The position numbers were made by a program, and so were the translations under genes. A DNA stretch of 47,869 nt, the filler included, from Jimgerdemannia flammicorona (Eukaryota), in the NCBI GenBank assembly GCA_003990765.1. It is 2 parts of 2 records of this genome, joined end to end, with 100 filler letters (N's around TTAATTAATTAA, not from the genome) between each part and the next. Parts side by side here need not be neighbours in the genome. Positions count along the whole stretch, not along the records: positions 23,986 to 47,869 come from RBNJ01001049.1; 1 more part is not named here. The stretch is one strand, 5' to 3'. The notes beneath the pieces were generated by a model. That model saw only the letters and a program-made list of their open reading frames with translations. It did not search any database and had not been told where the DNA came from. Positions 24,536 to 37,497 of this stretch are shown piece after piece. Every line of letters starts with the position of its first letter. The first letter of the stretch is position 1.

Positions 24536-25970
24536 CTATACACTAATTTGGATTGAACACCCAAAAGTCACGGCAGGGTACACCTTCTCCGGTAGGTGGG
24601 TCCAGGCAATTCCGTAGTTAACCCCATTGACAGAAAGGGCGCAAGTACGATTGCCTTTATCCAGATGGAAAGTCACCACATCGCCACTCCGAGGATTGAC
24701 GCCATAGTTGCGGGTTCCTCTCGGCCCAATTGCCTGTGGAGAGCCTTCGGAGAAGACCGGAATATCCACGCCAAAGACCAGGGTATTTGGGAATCGAAGG
24801 TAGTGAAGTTCTCGTCTACCAATCCAATCCGATTAAAGGGATCCTGAGACGTATGGACTCGATCACTATGTCCCTTCGCACAGCCCATCCTGAGTTGTCC
24901 TCAAAGGGACGGAGATCCGCGCCGTCTGTATCACGGACCCCAGGGTCCCGGCAGAGGATTCCACTTCCACGACCTTGCCGCCGTCTGAGACGACAACTTT
25001 TGAGCCGATCTTAGTTCGATCCCACGGGAGATTTTGACGTCCGCGATACCCGGACGGGTGACTCGTTAAACATATGGTGTTATTGCATGCATGGTGACAA
25101 AAGGCCATATAGTGCGGAGATGTCTCCGCAAACCCATCGACCGCCTCCGTGAGGATCTTCAGACGATGCGGGCACAAGGGTGAGGTTCACATGCCTCAGC
25201 ATGTTCAGCAGCAACGAGTTATTTCCTAGCTGAAATTTTCCCTCGCACCTCGGAACCATATTGGCAACATCACGCAAGACATTATGACGATCCGCAACGT
25301 CAGGGCCTGGCTCTTCGGCATGCGCCCAGACCCAGTCGATAACGTTCAGCAGCAGATCGTGTTCGGAGTGATAAAGGTAGTCACACCAGGTGCAGTGAAG
25401 AGTAGCTCGATCGCCTCTTTGGAGAGGTCTGTCAATTCTCCTATGGCGAGCTTGCGAGAGTAGAAGGGCTTAAGGAGCACAGTGTAGAGGTCTTTACTGG
25501 CCTCACTCCACGGAATGGAGGTGGTGGCCTCGGTGAGGAGAGACGCCAAAGTCGGAAATGTCTTGTGCATGCTCCAGCACCATTGCCATGAGCTTTGGGA
25601 GGAGAAGGAAGCTCGCTGCGCGATAGATGTCCACCGCGGTGGTGGTGGTGGTGTCATCGATCGATTCGGTGTAGATGAAGCCGAGGACGATGGTGAGCGC
25701 TGCAGAGTTGATGTCGTGGAGGACGACTCGCTGGGAAACACTCTCTTGCATGTTTCCGTACAACATTGCCTTGAATACGGGGCACCTTTGGGACCATATG
25801 ACATATATGACAAGAAACGATCCAACACACCTTGCAGCCAGTACTGCACGACAAGCGCCAAGCTCGACGCCATCAGCGCAGACGATGGTTACATCGTGGT
25901 AGGCGGTGTCTTTTCATATGGAGGCAATGTCGTCCTTGAGGCTAAGACCACTGTTGGATTGCACGTCCAT
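24536..25970 (-). pseudogene. BTB-SPRY paralogue A, frameshifted
   Basis: Exon 1 25970-25831 and a shortened intron 25830-25786. An 8-bp deletion near 25540 and further 1-2 bp deletions break exon 2, and the 3' end is eroded. Confidence 0.9.
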
Positions 25971-26579
25971 GCTTAGTTTTTGATTGTTCCATCCACGTTG
26001 GGTCACATGTTAATTTGTTCAATGACGTCCCCACGTGATGAGCATTCAAGGAAATCATTTGGGACACAATAATCCTGATAGGCCATAAGGCACCTTTTGA
26101 AAAATTGCGCCCCATTTTATAACGACCAGCCCGCCCTTCTAGACGATTTCCATCTAATTGGTTCAAATTTAATAATTACAGTTATGGTTGTACTGCAAAG
26201 GTGTCATCGAACTGATTCCAATGATTCTGTTATATCAAATTCAGACGTCGCGTCGCTGGGAAGCGACGGAAAACTTGGCATTCCATCACTCATCATCCAA
26301 ATATTGAATTGAGGTGGTTATAGTGAGCCCAAATTCGTCAAATTCGTTCAGAAACGGTATTTGTTTTTAAAGAGTTTTTGTGCGTTGGTCAGCTGTTTCA
26401 ACAAAAAGTCTCTAGCATTTTTTAGACACTATTATCGCAAAATTTAAGAGCAGGTGATTGAGAATGCACAAATGGAAACTAGAATCTGTTATTGTTGATA
26501 AGAAAAAATAAAATGGAAATAATAAAATACGCACAAATCCATACAATACGTATGAATATTACTATGTGTATATATGACG

Positions 26580-28074
26580 CTATTTTATCCGATATTTGGA
26601 TTGAACACCCAAAGTCACGGCTGGGTACACCTTCTCCGGTAGGTGGGTCCAGGCAATTCCTTGGTTAACCCCATTGACAGAAAGGGCGCAAGTACGATTG
26701 GTTTTATCCAGATGGAAAGTCACCACATCACCATTCCGAAGATTGACGCCATAGTTGCGGGTTCCTCTCGGCCCAATTGCCTGCGGAGAGCAATTCGTGG
26801 AAGACCGGAATATCCACGCCGAAGACCTGGGTATCTGGGAATCGAAGGCAACGAAGTTCTCGTCTACCAACCCAATCCGATTAAAGGGATCCCGAGACGT
26901 GTTATATCCAATGGACTCGATCACTATGTCCCATTCGCACGTCCCATCCTGAGTTGTCTTTAAAGGGACGGAGATCCGCGCCGTCTGTATCACAGACCCT
27001 GGGGTACCAGCAGAGGATTCCACTTCCACGACCTTGCCATCATCTGAGACGACAACTCGCCGACCGATATTCGATCGATCCCACTGGAGATCTTGACGTC
27101 CGCGATACCCGGACGGGTGACTCGTTGAACACATGGTGTTCTTGCATGCATGGTGACAAAAGGCCATATAGTACGGAGACGTCTCCGCAAACCCATCGAC
27201 CGCCTCTGTGAGGATCTTCAGACGATGCGGGCATACAAGGGTGAGGTTCACATGCCTCAGCATGTTCAGCAGCAATGAGTTATTTCCTAGCCGAATTTTT
27301 CCCTCGCACCCAGGAACCATACTGGCGACATCACGCAAGACGTTATGACGTTCCGCAACGTCGGATCCCGGCTCTTCGGCATGCGCCCAGACCCAGTCGA
27401 TGACGCTCAGCAGCAGATCGTGTTCGGGAGTGACAAAGGTAGTCGCACCAGGTGCAGTGAAGAGTAGCTCGATCGCCTCTTTGGAGAGGTCTGTCAACTC
27501 TCCTATGGCGAGCTTGCGAGAGTAGAAGGGCTTAAGGAGCACAGTGTAGAGGTCTTTGCTAGCCTCACTCAATGGGATGGAGGCGGCGGCCTCGCTGAGG
27601 AGAGACGAGGAGACGCCAAAGTCGGAAATGTCTTGTGCACGCTCCAGCACCATTGCCATGAGCTTTGGGAGGAGAAGGAAGCTCGCTGCGCGGTAGATGT
27701 CCACCGCGGTGGTGATGGTGGCGTCATCGAGCGATTCGGTGTAGATGAAGCCGAGGACGATGATGAGCGCTGCAGAAGTGATATCGTGGAGGACGACTCG
27801 CTGGGAAACACTTTCTTGCATGTTTCCGTACAGCATTGCCTTGAAGACGGGGCACCTTTGGAATATATGACATGAATTAAAATGAGATAGATTTATAAAC
27901 TTGTGAAACACAATCAAGAAACGACCGAACACACCTTGCAGCTAGCACAGCACGGCAAGCGCCAAGTTCGACGCCATCAGCACAGACGATGGTTACGTCG
28001 TGGTAGGTTGTGTCTGTCCATATGGAAGCGATGTCGTCCTTGAGGCTAAGACCACTGTTGGATTGCACGTCCAT
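26580..28074 (-). CDS. BTB/POZ-(BACK-like)-SPRY/B30.2 protein B, intact, 471 aa; exons 28074-27935 and 27855-26580
   Basis: BTB motif DVTIVCADGVELGACRAVLAAR/CPVFKAMLYGNMQES...LGFIYT. SPRY-like C-terminus (CEWDIVIE, IGLV, GDVVTFHLD, LSVNG, VYPAVTL). The 79-bp GT-AG intron gives an open 1416-nt frame. Confidence 0.9.
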
Positions 28075-28136
28075 ACTAAGTGTTTGATTGTCAAGGTATG
28101 TTCCGTCCACGTTAGATCACATGTTAATTAGCTTAA

Positions 28137-28151
28137 TGACGTCACCACGTG
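28137..28151. promoter_or_regulatory. CRE-like TGACGTCA plus E-box CACGTG about 65 nt upstream of the gene B start
   Basis: The same or related motifs occur upstream of other paralogues (26023, 32096, 32708, 35745). Confidence 0.4.
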
Positions 28152-28655
28152 ATTATTTACACCATTCTTCGCTAAGGAATAGTGCTCTGACCCGACCCAT
28201 CCGCTCTTCTGGACGATTTTCATCGGCTAACTGGTTCAAATTTAATAAATGTTATCGGATGAGCCTGGTTATATATATATATATATCATATTCGGACGTG
28301 AGAAGCGCCGGAAAAATTTCAATTTGCTTGGCATTCTACCATCAATCATCCAAATATTGAATTGAGGTTGTTCTAGTGGGCCCAAATTCGTCAAATTCGG
28401 TGATTCATCGCTCAGAAACAATATTTGTTTTAAACATATGGCACGAGTTTTTGTGAGTTGGTCAGCCGTTCCAACAAAAGGTTTAGTATTTTTTTAGGCA
28501 AATTTTAAGAAAAGGCGATTGAGAACACACAAATGGTAACTAGAATCCGAATCATTTATTTTTGGTAAGAAAAATAACATAGAAATAATAAAATACACAC
28601 AAATTCATACAATGTGTCAATCGGCTAAGAAATGGAACAAAAATTTAAGACAACA

Positions 28656-30119
28656 CTATGTGTATGCATGACGCTCTTTTATCCGATACTTGGATTGACT
28701 GCGCAAAGCTACAGCGGGATAAACCTCCTCCGGAAGGTTGGTCCATGCAACATTTTGTTTAACCCCATTGATAGAAAGGACACAAGTATGGTTGATTTTA
28801 TCCAGACGCCAAAGTCACAACATCGCCACTTTTGCAAAGTGGTGCCATTCGGTAATACCCATACCGATGACCCGGTCTTCATTTTGGAATCGAATCCAGT
28901 GAAACTCTCGCTCACCGATCCTGCTGAAGGTCTCCGCATACCCGCTATATACAGGTGCATCTTTCAGTCCCTCTGAAACAACCACTATGTCCCATTCGCA
29001 CAGACCTTTCTGAGTCGTTGTACCAGGGACGGAGATCCGCGCGATCTGCTTCACGGACGGCGTCCCTGCAGAAAGTTCGACGACCTTGCCGTCGTTTGAG
29101 ATGACAATGCGTGATCCGACCTTCGATCTATCCCACTGGGGATCTTGACTTCCGCGATACAGGGATGGGTGTCCTGTTGGGCACACAGTGTTCTTGCATG
29201 CATGGTGACAAAAGGCCATATAGTGCAGAGACGTCTCCGCAAATCCATCGACCGCCTCCGTGAGGATCTTCAGACGATGCGGGCATACAAGAGTGAGGTT
29301 GACATGCCTCATCATGTTCAGCAGCAACGAGTTATTTCCTAGCCGAATTTTTCCCTCGCACCCCGGAACCATATTGACAACATCACGCAAGACATTATGA
29401 CGATCCGCAACGTCGGGGCCTGGTTCTTCGGCATGCGCCCAGACGCAGTCAATGACGCTCAACAGCAGATCGTGTTCGGAAGTGACAAAGGTAGTCGCAC
29501 CGGGTGCAGTGAAGAGTGGCTCGATAGCCTCTCTGGAGAGGTCTGTCAATTCTCCTATGGCGAACTTGCGAGAGTAGAAGGGCTTAAGGAGCACAATGTA
29601 GAGGTCTTTACTGGCCTCACTCCACGGGATGGAGGTGGCGGCCTCGGTGAGGAGAGACGAGGAGACGACAAAGTCGGAAATGTCTTGTGCATGCTCCAGC
29701 ACCATTTCCATGAGCTTTGGGAGGAGAACTCGCTGCGCGGTAGATGTCCACCGCGGTGGTGGTGGTGGTGTCATCGATCGATTCGGTGTAGATGAAGCCG
29801 AGGACTGCAGAGTTGATGTCATGGAGGACGACTCGCTGGGAAACACTCTCTTGCATGTTTCCGTACAACATTGCCTTGAATACGGGGCACCTTTGAGACC
29901 ATATGACATATATGACATGAATTAAAATGAGATAAATTTATAAGCTCGTAAAACGCAATCAAGAAACGATCCAACATGCCCTGTAGCCAGTACTGCTCGA
30001 CAAGCGCCAAGCTCGACGCCATCAGCGCAGACGATGGTTACATCGTGGTAGGCGGTGTCTTTCCATATGGAGACAATGTTGTCCTTGAGGCTAAGACCAC
30101 TGTTGGATTGCACGTCCAT
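28656..30119 (-). pseudogene. BTB-SPRY paralogue C, frameshifted
   Basis: Exon 1 30119-29980 with the donor changed to GC. Deletions near 29805 and 29730 and within the SPRY region shift the frame. Confidence 0.9.
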
Positions 30120-30542
30120 GCTTAGTTTTTGATTACCAAGGTATGTTCCGGTCACATGTTAATTAGCTCCGACCGCCCTTCTGGGACGCTTTCCATCTAA
30201 TTGGTTCAGACGTCGCGTCGCTGGGAAGCGACGGAAAACTTGGCATTCCATCACTAATCATCCAAATATTGAATTGAGGTGGTTCTAGTGAGCCCAAATT
30301 CGTCAAATTCGGATGATTTGTCGTTCAGAAACGGTATTTGTTTTTAAAGAGTTTTTGTGCGTTGGTCAGCTGTTCCAACAAAAAGTCTCTAGTATTTTTT
30401 TTAGACACTATTATTGGAAAATTTTAAGAGCAGGTAATTGAGAACGCGCAAATGAAAACTAGAATCCGAATCATTTATTGTTGATAAATAAAAATAACAA
30501 TTCATACAATACGTATGAATAATACTATATATATATATGACG

Positions 30543-32043
30543 CTATTTTATCCGATATTTGGATTGAATACCCAAAGTCACGGCTGGGTACACTTTCTCC
30601 GGTAGGTGGGTCCAGGCAATTCCTTGGTTAACCCCATTGACAGAAAGGGCGCAAGTGCGATTGATTTTATCCAGATGGAAAGTCACCACATCACCACTCC
30701 GAAGATTGACGCCATAGTTGCGGGTCCCTCTGGGCCCAATTGCCTGCGGAGAGCAATCCGTGGAAGACCGGAATATCCACGCCGAAGACCTGGGTATCTG
30801 AGAATCGAAGGCAGTGAAGCTCTCGTCTACCAACCCAATCCGATTAAAGGGATCCCGAGACGTGTTATATCCAATGGACTCGATCACTATGTCCCATTCG
30901 CACATCCCATCCTGAGTTGTCTTTAAAGGGACGGAGATCCGCGCCGTCTGTATCACAGACCCTGGGGTACCAGCAGAGGATTCCACTTCCACGACCTTGC
31001 CATCATCTGAGACGACAACTCGCCGACCGATATTCGATCGATCCCACTGGAGATCTTGACATCCGCGATACCCGGACGGGTGACTCGTTGAACACGTGGT
31101 GTTCTTGCATGCGTGGTGACAAAAGGCTATATAGTACGGAGACGTCTCCGCAAACCCATCGACCGCCTCCGTGAGGATCTTCAGACGATGCGGGCATACA
31201 AGGGTGAGGTTCACATGCCTCATCATGTTCAGCAGCAATGAGTTATTTCCTAGCCGAATTTTTCCCTCGCACCCAGGAACCATACTGGCGACATCACGCA
31301 AGACGTTATGACGTTCCGCAACGTCGGGTCCCGGCTCTTCGGCATGCGCCCAGACCCAGTCGATGACGCTCAGCAGCAGATCGTGTTCGGGAGTGACAAA
31401 GGTAGTCGCACCAGGTGCAGTGAAGAGTAGCTCGATCGCCTCTTTGGAGAGGTCTGTCAATTCTCCTATGGCGAGCTTGCGAGCGTAGAAGGGCTTAAGG
31501 AGCACAGTGTAGAGGTCTATGCCGGCCTCACTCCATGGAATGGAGGCGGCGGCCTCGTTGAGAAGAGACGACGAGATACCAAAGTCGGAAATGTCTTGGG
31601 CACGCTCCAGCACCATTGCCATGAGCTTTGGAAGGAGAAGGAAGTTCGCTGCGCGGTAGATGTCCACCGCGATGGTAATGGCGGTGTCATCGATCGATTC
31701 GGTGTAGATGAAGCCGAGGACGGTGGTGAGCGCTACAGAGTTGATGTCGTGGAGGACGACTCGCTGGGAAACACTTTCTTGCATGTTTCCATACAGCATT
31801 GCCTTGAATACGGAGCACCTTTGGGACCATATGACATATATGACATGAATTAAAACAAGATAGATTTATGAACTCGTAAAACACAAGAAACGATCGAACA
31901 CACCTTGCAGCCAGCACAGCACGGCAAGCGCTAAGCTCGACGCCATCAGCGCAGACAATGGTTACGTCGTGGTAGATTGTGTCTGTCCATATGGAGGCAA
32001 TGTCGTCCTTGAGGCTAAGGCCAATGTTGGATTGCATGTTCAT
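30543..32043 (-). CDS. BTB/POZ-(BACK-like)-SPRY protein D, intact, 471 aa; exons 32043-31904 and 31818-30543
   Basis: Same motifs as gene B, an 85-bp GT-AG intron and an open 1416-nt frame. Closest paralogue of B. Confidence 0.9.
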
Positions 32044-32479
32044 AAGTAGTGTTTGATTACTAAGGTATGTTTAGATCACATGCCAATTAGCTCAATGACG
32101 TCACTCGCAACGATGAAGAGTTTGATAGTTCTCCGACCCGACCCGCCTGCCCCTTCTGGACGTTTTCCATCGTTTCCCACAACCATTGTAAATTTAATAA
32201 TTGGAAGACCGCGTCGCTGAGAACTTTCAATTTTCTGGGCACATTCCATCGTAACTTGATAACCTAACCATCCAAACCTTGAAGTGGGGAAGGTTCGAAA
32301 TGAGCTCAAATTCGTCAAATGCGGATGGTTCGTCGCACAGAAAAAAGATTTGTTTTTGCTAAAAGCATAGCTTTCTGCCAGACTTTTGAAATAATGAAAT
32401 ACACACTAATCCATACGATACATGTCAATCAGCTAAGAAATGAATGAAGAGGAGGGACAAAAATTTACGATAATACTAA

Positions 32480-32659
32480 TTATGTATATATATGCATGAC
32501 GACCTCATGTCCGATATTTGGCTTGACCGCTCAACGTTACAGCGGGATAAACCTTCTCCGGAAGGTTGGTCTATGTAACCCCTTGTTTAATCCCATTGAC
32601 AGAAACAGCACAAGTATGGTTTATCCAGATGCCAAGTCACGACATCTCCACTCCGCCAT
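32480..32659 (-). pseudogene. BTB-SPRY remnant E: upstream region and ATG fused directly to the last ~170 bp of the gene
   Basis: On the minus strand ...ctaagcATGG is joined to cggagtggagatgtcgtgact (RSGDVVT) and continues to LPEKVYPAVTLSGQAKYR. Both flanks match those of other paralogues. Confidence 0.8.
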
Positions 32660-33907
32660 GCTTAGTGTTTGATTATCAAGGTATGTTCCGTCCACATGTT
32701 AACTCAATGACGTCACCACGTGATAAGCATTATTCAAGAGAATGCGTATACACCCCATTCTTCCTAAGAATAGTGCTCCGACCCGACCCTTCCGCCCTTC
32801 TGGACGCTTTCAACGTCTAATTGGCTGTACTGCAAAGGTGTCATCGAACTGATTCCAATGAGCCTGGTTATATCAAATTCGGACGACGGAAAACATTCAA
32901 TTTGCCTGACATTTTATCGTAACTTGATAACTAATCATTAAAATCTTGCGTTGAGGTGGTTCTAATTCGTCAAATCCGAATGATTCATCGTTCAGAAACG
33001 ATGGAAAAAGTCTCGGGTGGCGACTAATTATATCAAATGTAGCCAACAAAAATTATGATAGAAAATTCGAGTAAGATGATTAAGATGATAATAATATCAA
33101 TAAAAGGGAGCATGTTAAATACATAATTAACCTGTAGATGGCGACTTTTTTATTGTATGGTATGTGCGTGAATTCAAGGATTGGATAAGAAAGAAAAGTT
33201 ACAGCCAAAATGGTGCCCAAGACTTCATATGTTGAAATGACTTGTCGATTTTATTCTTCCATTCTTGATGAGTTATTAGTGTATCGCATTGCTTCTATTT
33301 TTACACTCAACCACGGCCCCTTCCCCATATTTAACCTTCGCATATTGTTAAAGTATCGAGTAGCACCCTTTATCAAATGCGTCACTATAAAAACCTCGAT
33401 TATCCCACTCACCGACCATCTCAAGTATCCGTTGCCCACTTAAGTATGTGATGTCACTACATCTTGCATGCATCTGAACCCCTTTTTCTCACCTCTCTCA
33501 TACACCAGCCCTTACTTAATTCATATCAATGCTCGTCACCCTTAGAAAATAAAATCGATCTCCACAAAGAATTAAAATATAAACAGCGTCGCTTCTAGGA
33601 ATCGGAGCGTGAGTAATAAAGGAGGTTTTCTGAGGTGGAGCTCGTGATTCTCAGGTTTTTCGAGCAGCTGTGCCGTGCTGCAATGTGGCCTAGCTATGCG
33701 CTATCAGTCATTGTTTGGTTTTAGAAAGACCGAGAGTGATGGATGAAATGGGTTTCGGCCAAGAGCGTGCCAATATTTAAAATAAAACGTATAAAAGCAC
33801 TCAAAACGTTCTTGTCAGTAGCACCACCCAAACCGAAGCTCGCATAGATTCATAGCCATCTTACAAAACAAATCTCCGAACATTCCAACCTTCTATCCTC
33901 CTCAAAA

Positions 33908-34390
33908 ATGCCAAATAAACTTCCGATCCAACGCCACACCCTCCATCACGCCGCCGTGGAAGCCGATCCGCAGGCGCAGGACATACTGAAAACCTTTGGT
34001 CCCTCCCTCTCCAGCATCGTTCGCACCGCTGTAGGCCAGTTCAGGGCCGAAGAGACGGGAAATGACATGCACTTGGTTATGTCTTTCAAGTTTATACACA
34101 TTGAAAAGACCCGCCAGCCTGCATTCGTGCTCTTCTCCGCTAGTTTCGGAACCGGAACGGACAGTCTGTCGTCTCTCCAACTGAACAGAAACCTCAAGCG
34201 CTTGGATTGGTCGCAGTTCTGGGATGTTTTCGATGCAAATTTGCATGGGGTCGACATGAACCCATCAGATGTCTACCAGGGGTTCTGGGAGATGGTCGTT
34301 GATAATGCGGAGGTCGACGGATTGGAACTGAAACGTACCCCTTGGGCAGATCGTTATGCCATCAGCATTCATTTGGATCTTGATTGTTGA
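33908..34390 (+). CDS. Hypothetical protein, 160 aa, single exon
   Basis: GC-rich ORF within AT-rich flanks, caaaaATG start context, TATAAAAG at ~33790 and a natural amino-acid composition. No family recognised. Confidence 0.65.
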   Translation: MPNKLPIQRHTLHHAAVEADPQAQDILKTFGPSLSSIVRTAVGQFRAEETGNDMHLVMSFKFIHIEKTRQPAFVLFSASFGTGTDSLSSLQLNRNLKRLDWSQFWDVFDANLHGVDMNPSDVYQGFWEMVVDNAEVDGLELKRTPWADRYAISIHLDLDC

Positions 34391-35988
34391 GACGATAGTA
34401 AATCCCAGGCCCGGTGGGAATGGTCAGATTTATAAACAGACTGCAAGCGCTTTTGATAGTTGTGCTGCACATTTAGATGCGGTATTTGAGCAAAGCTAAA
34501 AACTAGCCTTATAAGCTGTAGCGATATGTCAGAGTTATAAGAACACATGCGCTGATAATAAGGATTTTCTTTGATATGTACACTTGGAATCCGTTTGAGA
34601 TCGTACTGTCTTACATATCTATATAAGCAGTTTTCTTGGTGGAAAGATGTTACAACAAAATAAACATGACCAAATTCGCGATTACATTTCTCCTTCTGTT
34701 GGGAGAAGCTTCCGAGTTGTGATTTGGTTTTCTAATTTATTGTGAATCTATCTTAGGTTGCTACAATTCCACTGAGATTGATGATCTGAGCTCCCGTCGC
34801 CAAGTTTCCGATGGCACCAACTCGTTAGAATTATACCCTCGCCAATGATCTATACATTTTCAACAATTCCTCCGGCGTCGAAATTGTGAGGCTGTAGTTG
34901 GAGCATAATATAACATTCCGTTGCCTCTCCTTATGCTTCAAAATATTGCGATTGGATCCCATGCACAAGCGCTGACATGTGTCTCACACAAGCGAGTAGC
35001 ATTTATTTATACATCTTTTTTACTTTATAATTAATCGAACGACTCAAAAACAAACAATTTGAGTTTTTCTTTTTTTTCTTTTTTCCCCACCAAGACACGG
35101 TCAACACTCCTGCTCCGAATTTTTTTCTTTATTTTATTTTAGCAGATAAATCCGGTCTCCATTGAATGCGTCATTCGCGAAACGCCTTGATTTATGCATG
35201 CTGCATACTCTTGACCGTTGCTGTGCTATGTATTTGGAGGAGCCGATTCACACAGGTTGATGCCTAGAAGGATTGTGTTATGCTTGGTAGTGATGGAACC
35301 TGCAAAACGGAATGTCTCAGTATAAGCAGGTCGAGTGATCGAAAGTGCATACTGTTCAAATTGTATAACCTGCATTACACCGGGTAATCCAGAGTGAATC
35401 ACCGACAAATTTCGCCAAAAAAAAAAAAAAAAAAGACATTCACTGAAAGGTTCAGGATGGAAGCAGATGCATAAGTTTTTTGTCATGCGGAAAGTAGCAC
35501 AAGCGGTAATGCACACATTACGACACATTTTAAACGAGGTTAGATTAAATGACACACCCATTGGGAACTGCGGTGATGGAATACGGAGTTGTAGAGCTAG
35601 ATGACATACGTGTTTTTATAATGGCAAATGCAAATGGTACTGGAACTGGCAAAATACAAAATAATGAAATGGTATTTTGTACTCGTTCAGAGCTGGGGTA
35701 CGCAGGAGATAATTCACGAGGTTTTGGCGCTAGCGACTCGCTGATGACGTCAGCGGTTTGCTCGTCGAGGTTCAGATTGATCAGAGTAACCGCAGTTGAA
35801 TATCTAATCGAAGTGTGTTCCATACGGCAAGGCAGAGGCATGCTTTCTTGAGTTTGTTATGCCTGCGATACACTTGGCGTTTTGTGAATTTGGTCGAACA
35901 TTTATAAGTCATGGTCACTGCGCCACTTCATGTTTAAGAACATACCTTTAATCCGCAGCCCAAACAAAGGCGCAATCAAACACTAAAC

Positions 35989-37497
35989 ATGGCAGTGCAA
36001 TCCGACAGTGGTCTTAGTCTCAAGGATGACATCGCCTCCTTATGGACAGACTCAACCTACCACGACATAACCATCGTCTGCGCCGATGGCGTCGAGTTAG
36101 GCGCTTGTCGTGCTGTGTTGGCTGCAAGGTGTGTTCAATCGTTCGTGATTGTATTTCATGGGTTGTAGATCTATCTTATATTAACTCATGTTATATGGTC
36201 CCAAAGGTGCGCCGTTTTCAAGGCAATGCTGTACGGAAACATGCAAGAGAGCATCTCCCAGCGAGTCGTCCTCCACAACATCAACTCTGCAGTGTTTACC
36301 GTTATCCTCGGCTTCATCTACACCGAATCGATTGGCGACACTGCTGTCACCGTCGCAGTGGATATCTACCACGCAGCGAGCTTTTTTCTCCTTCCAAAGC
36401 TCATGGCAATGGTGCTAGAGCGTACCCAAAACATTTCCGACTTTGGCGTCTCCTCGTCCCTCCTCAACATGGCCGTCGCCTCCATCCCATGGAGTGAGGC
36501 CAGCAAGGACCTCTACGCCGTGCTACTCAAACCCTTCTACGCTTGCAAGCTCGCCATAGGAGAGTTGACAGACCTCTCCGAAGAGGCTATCGACTTGCTC
36601 TTCACTGTACCCTGGGCGACTAACTTCGTCACTCCCGAATATGACCTACTCCTGTGTGTCGTCGACTGGGTCTGGGCGCATGCCGAAGAACCAGGACCCG
36701 ACATTGCGGAGCGTCGTGATATATTGCGTGACATCGCCAGTATGTTTACAGGATGCGAGGGCAAGATTCGGCTGGGAAATATCTCGTTACTGTTGAACAT
36801 GATAAAGTATATAGATCTCACCCTTGTGTGTCCGCATCGCCTGAAATACTTCACGGAGGCGGTCGACGGGTTTACTAATACGTCTCCGCACTACATAGCT
36901 TTTTGTCACCACGCATGTAAGAACACCGTGTGCCCAGCGGGGCACCCATCCGAGTATCGCGGATGTCAAAATCTTCGGTGGGATCAATCGAATATCGGTT
37001 CGCGAGTTGTCGTTTCAGACAGCGGCAGAGTCGTTGAGCTTTCTGCCGGGACGCCAGCATCTGTGAGGCAAAGGGCGCAGATCTCAGTCCCCGGGACGAT
37101 GACTAAGGAGGGGCTGTGCGAATGGGACATAGTGGTCGAGTCCGTTGGATTGTATAAGGGGACTGACCTCCTCAGTGAGGTTGGGTTGGTGGGCGCAGAG
37201 TTCACTGACTTCGATTCCAAAAAGACGGACGCGGGATCGGTATGGGTATTCCAGTCTTGGCGGGACCATTATCGGAAGGTAGCGGGACCGAGAGACACCC
37301 GCGACTATGGCGTCACTCTTCGTTGCGGCGATGTAGTGACTTTGCATCTGGATAAACACAACCATACTTGTGCCTTTTCCATCAATGGCATTAACCACGG
37401 GATTGCATGGACCGACCTTCCAGAAAAGGTGTATCCTGCCGTGACTTTGAGCGTTCGGTCCAAGTATCGGATAAAAGAGCGTCATACATATATATAG
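35989..37497 (+). CDS. BTB/POZ-(BACK-like)-SPRY protein F, intact, 476 aa; exons 35989-36128 and 36207-37497
   Basis: A 78-bp GT-AG intron at the conserved position joins exon 1 to ORF 36226..37497. Confidence 0.9.

Noticed and set aside
27856..27934. ORF-track N-terminal extensions of 26580..27932 and 42951..44345
   Set aside because: They read through the conserved intron. The real N-terminus is the upstream 140-nt exon carrying the start of the BTB domain.
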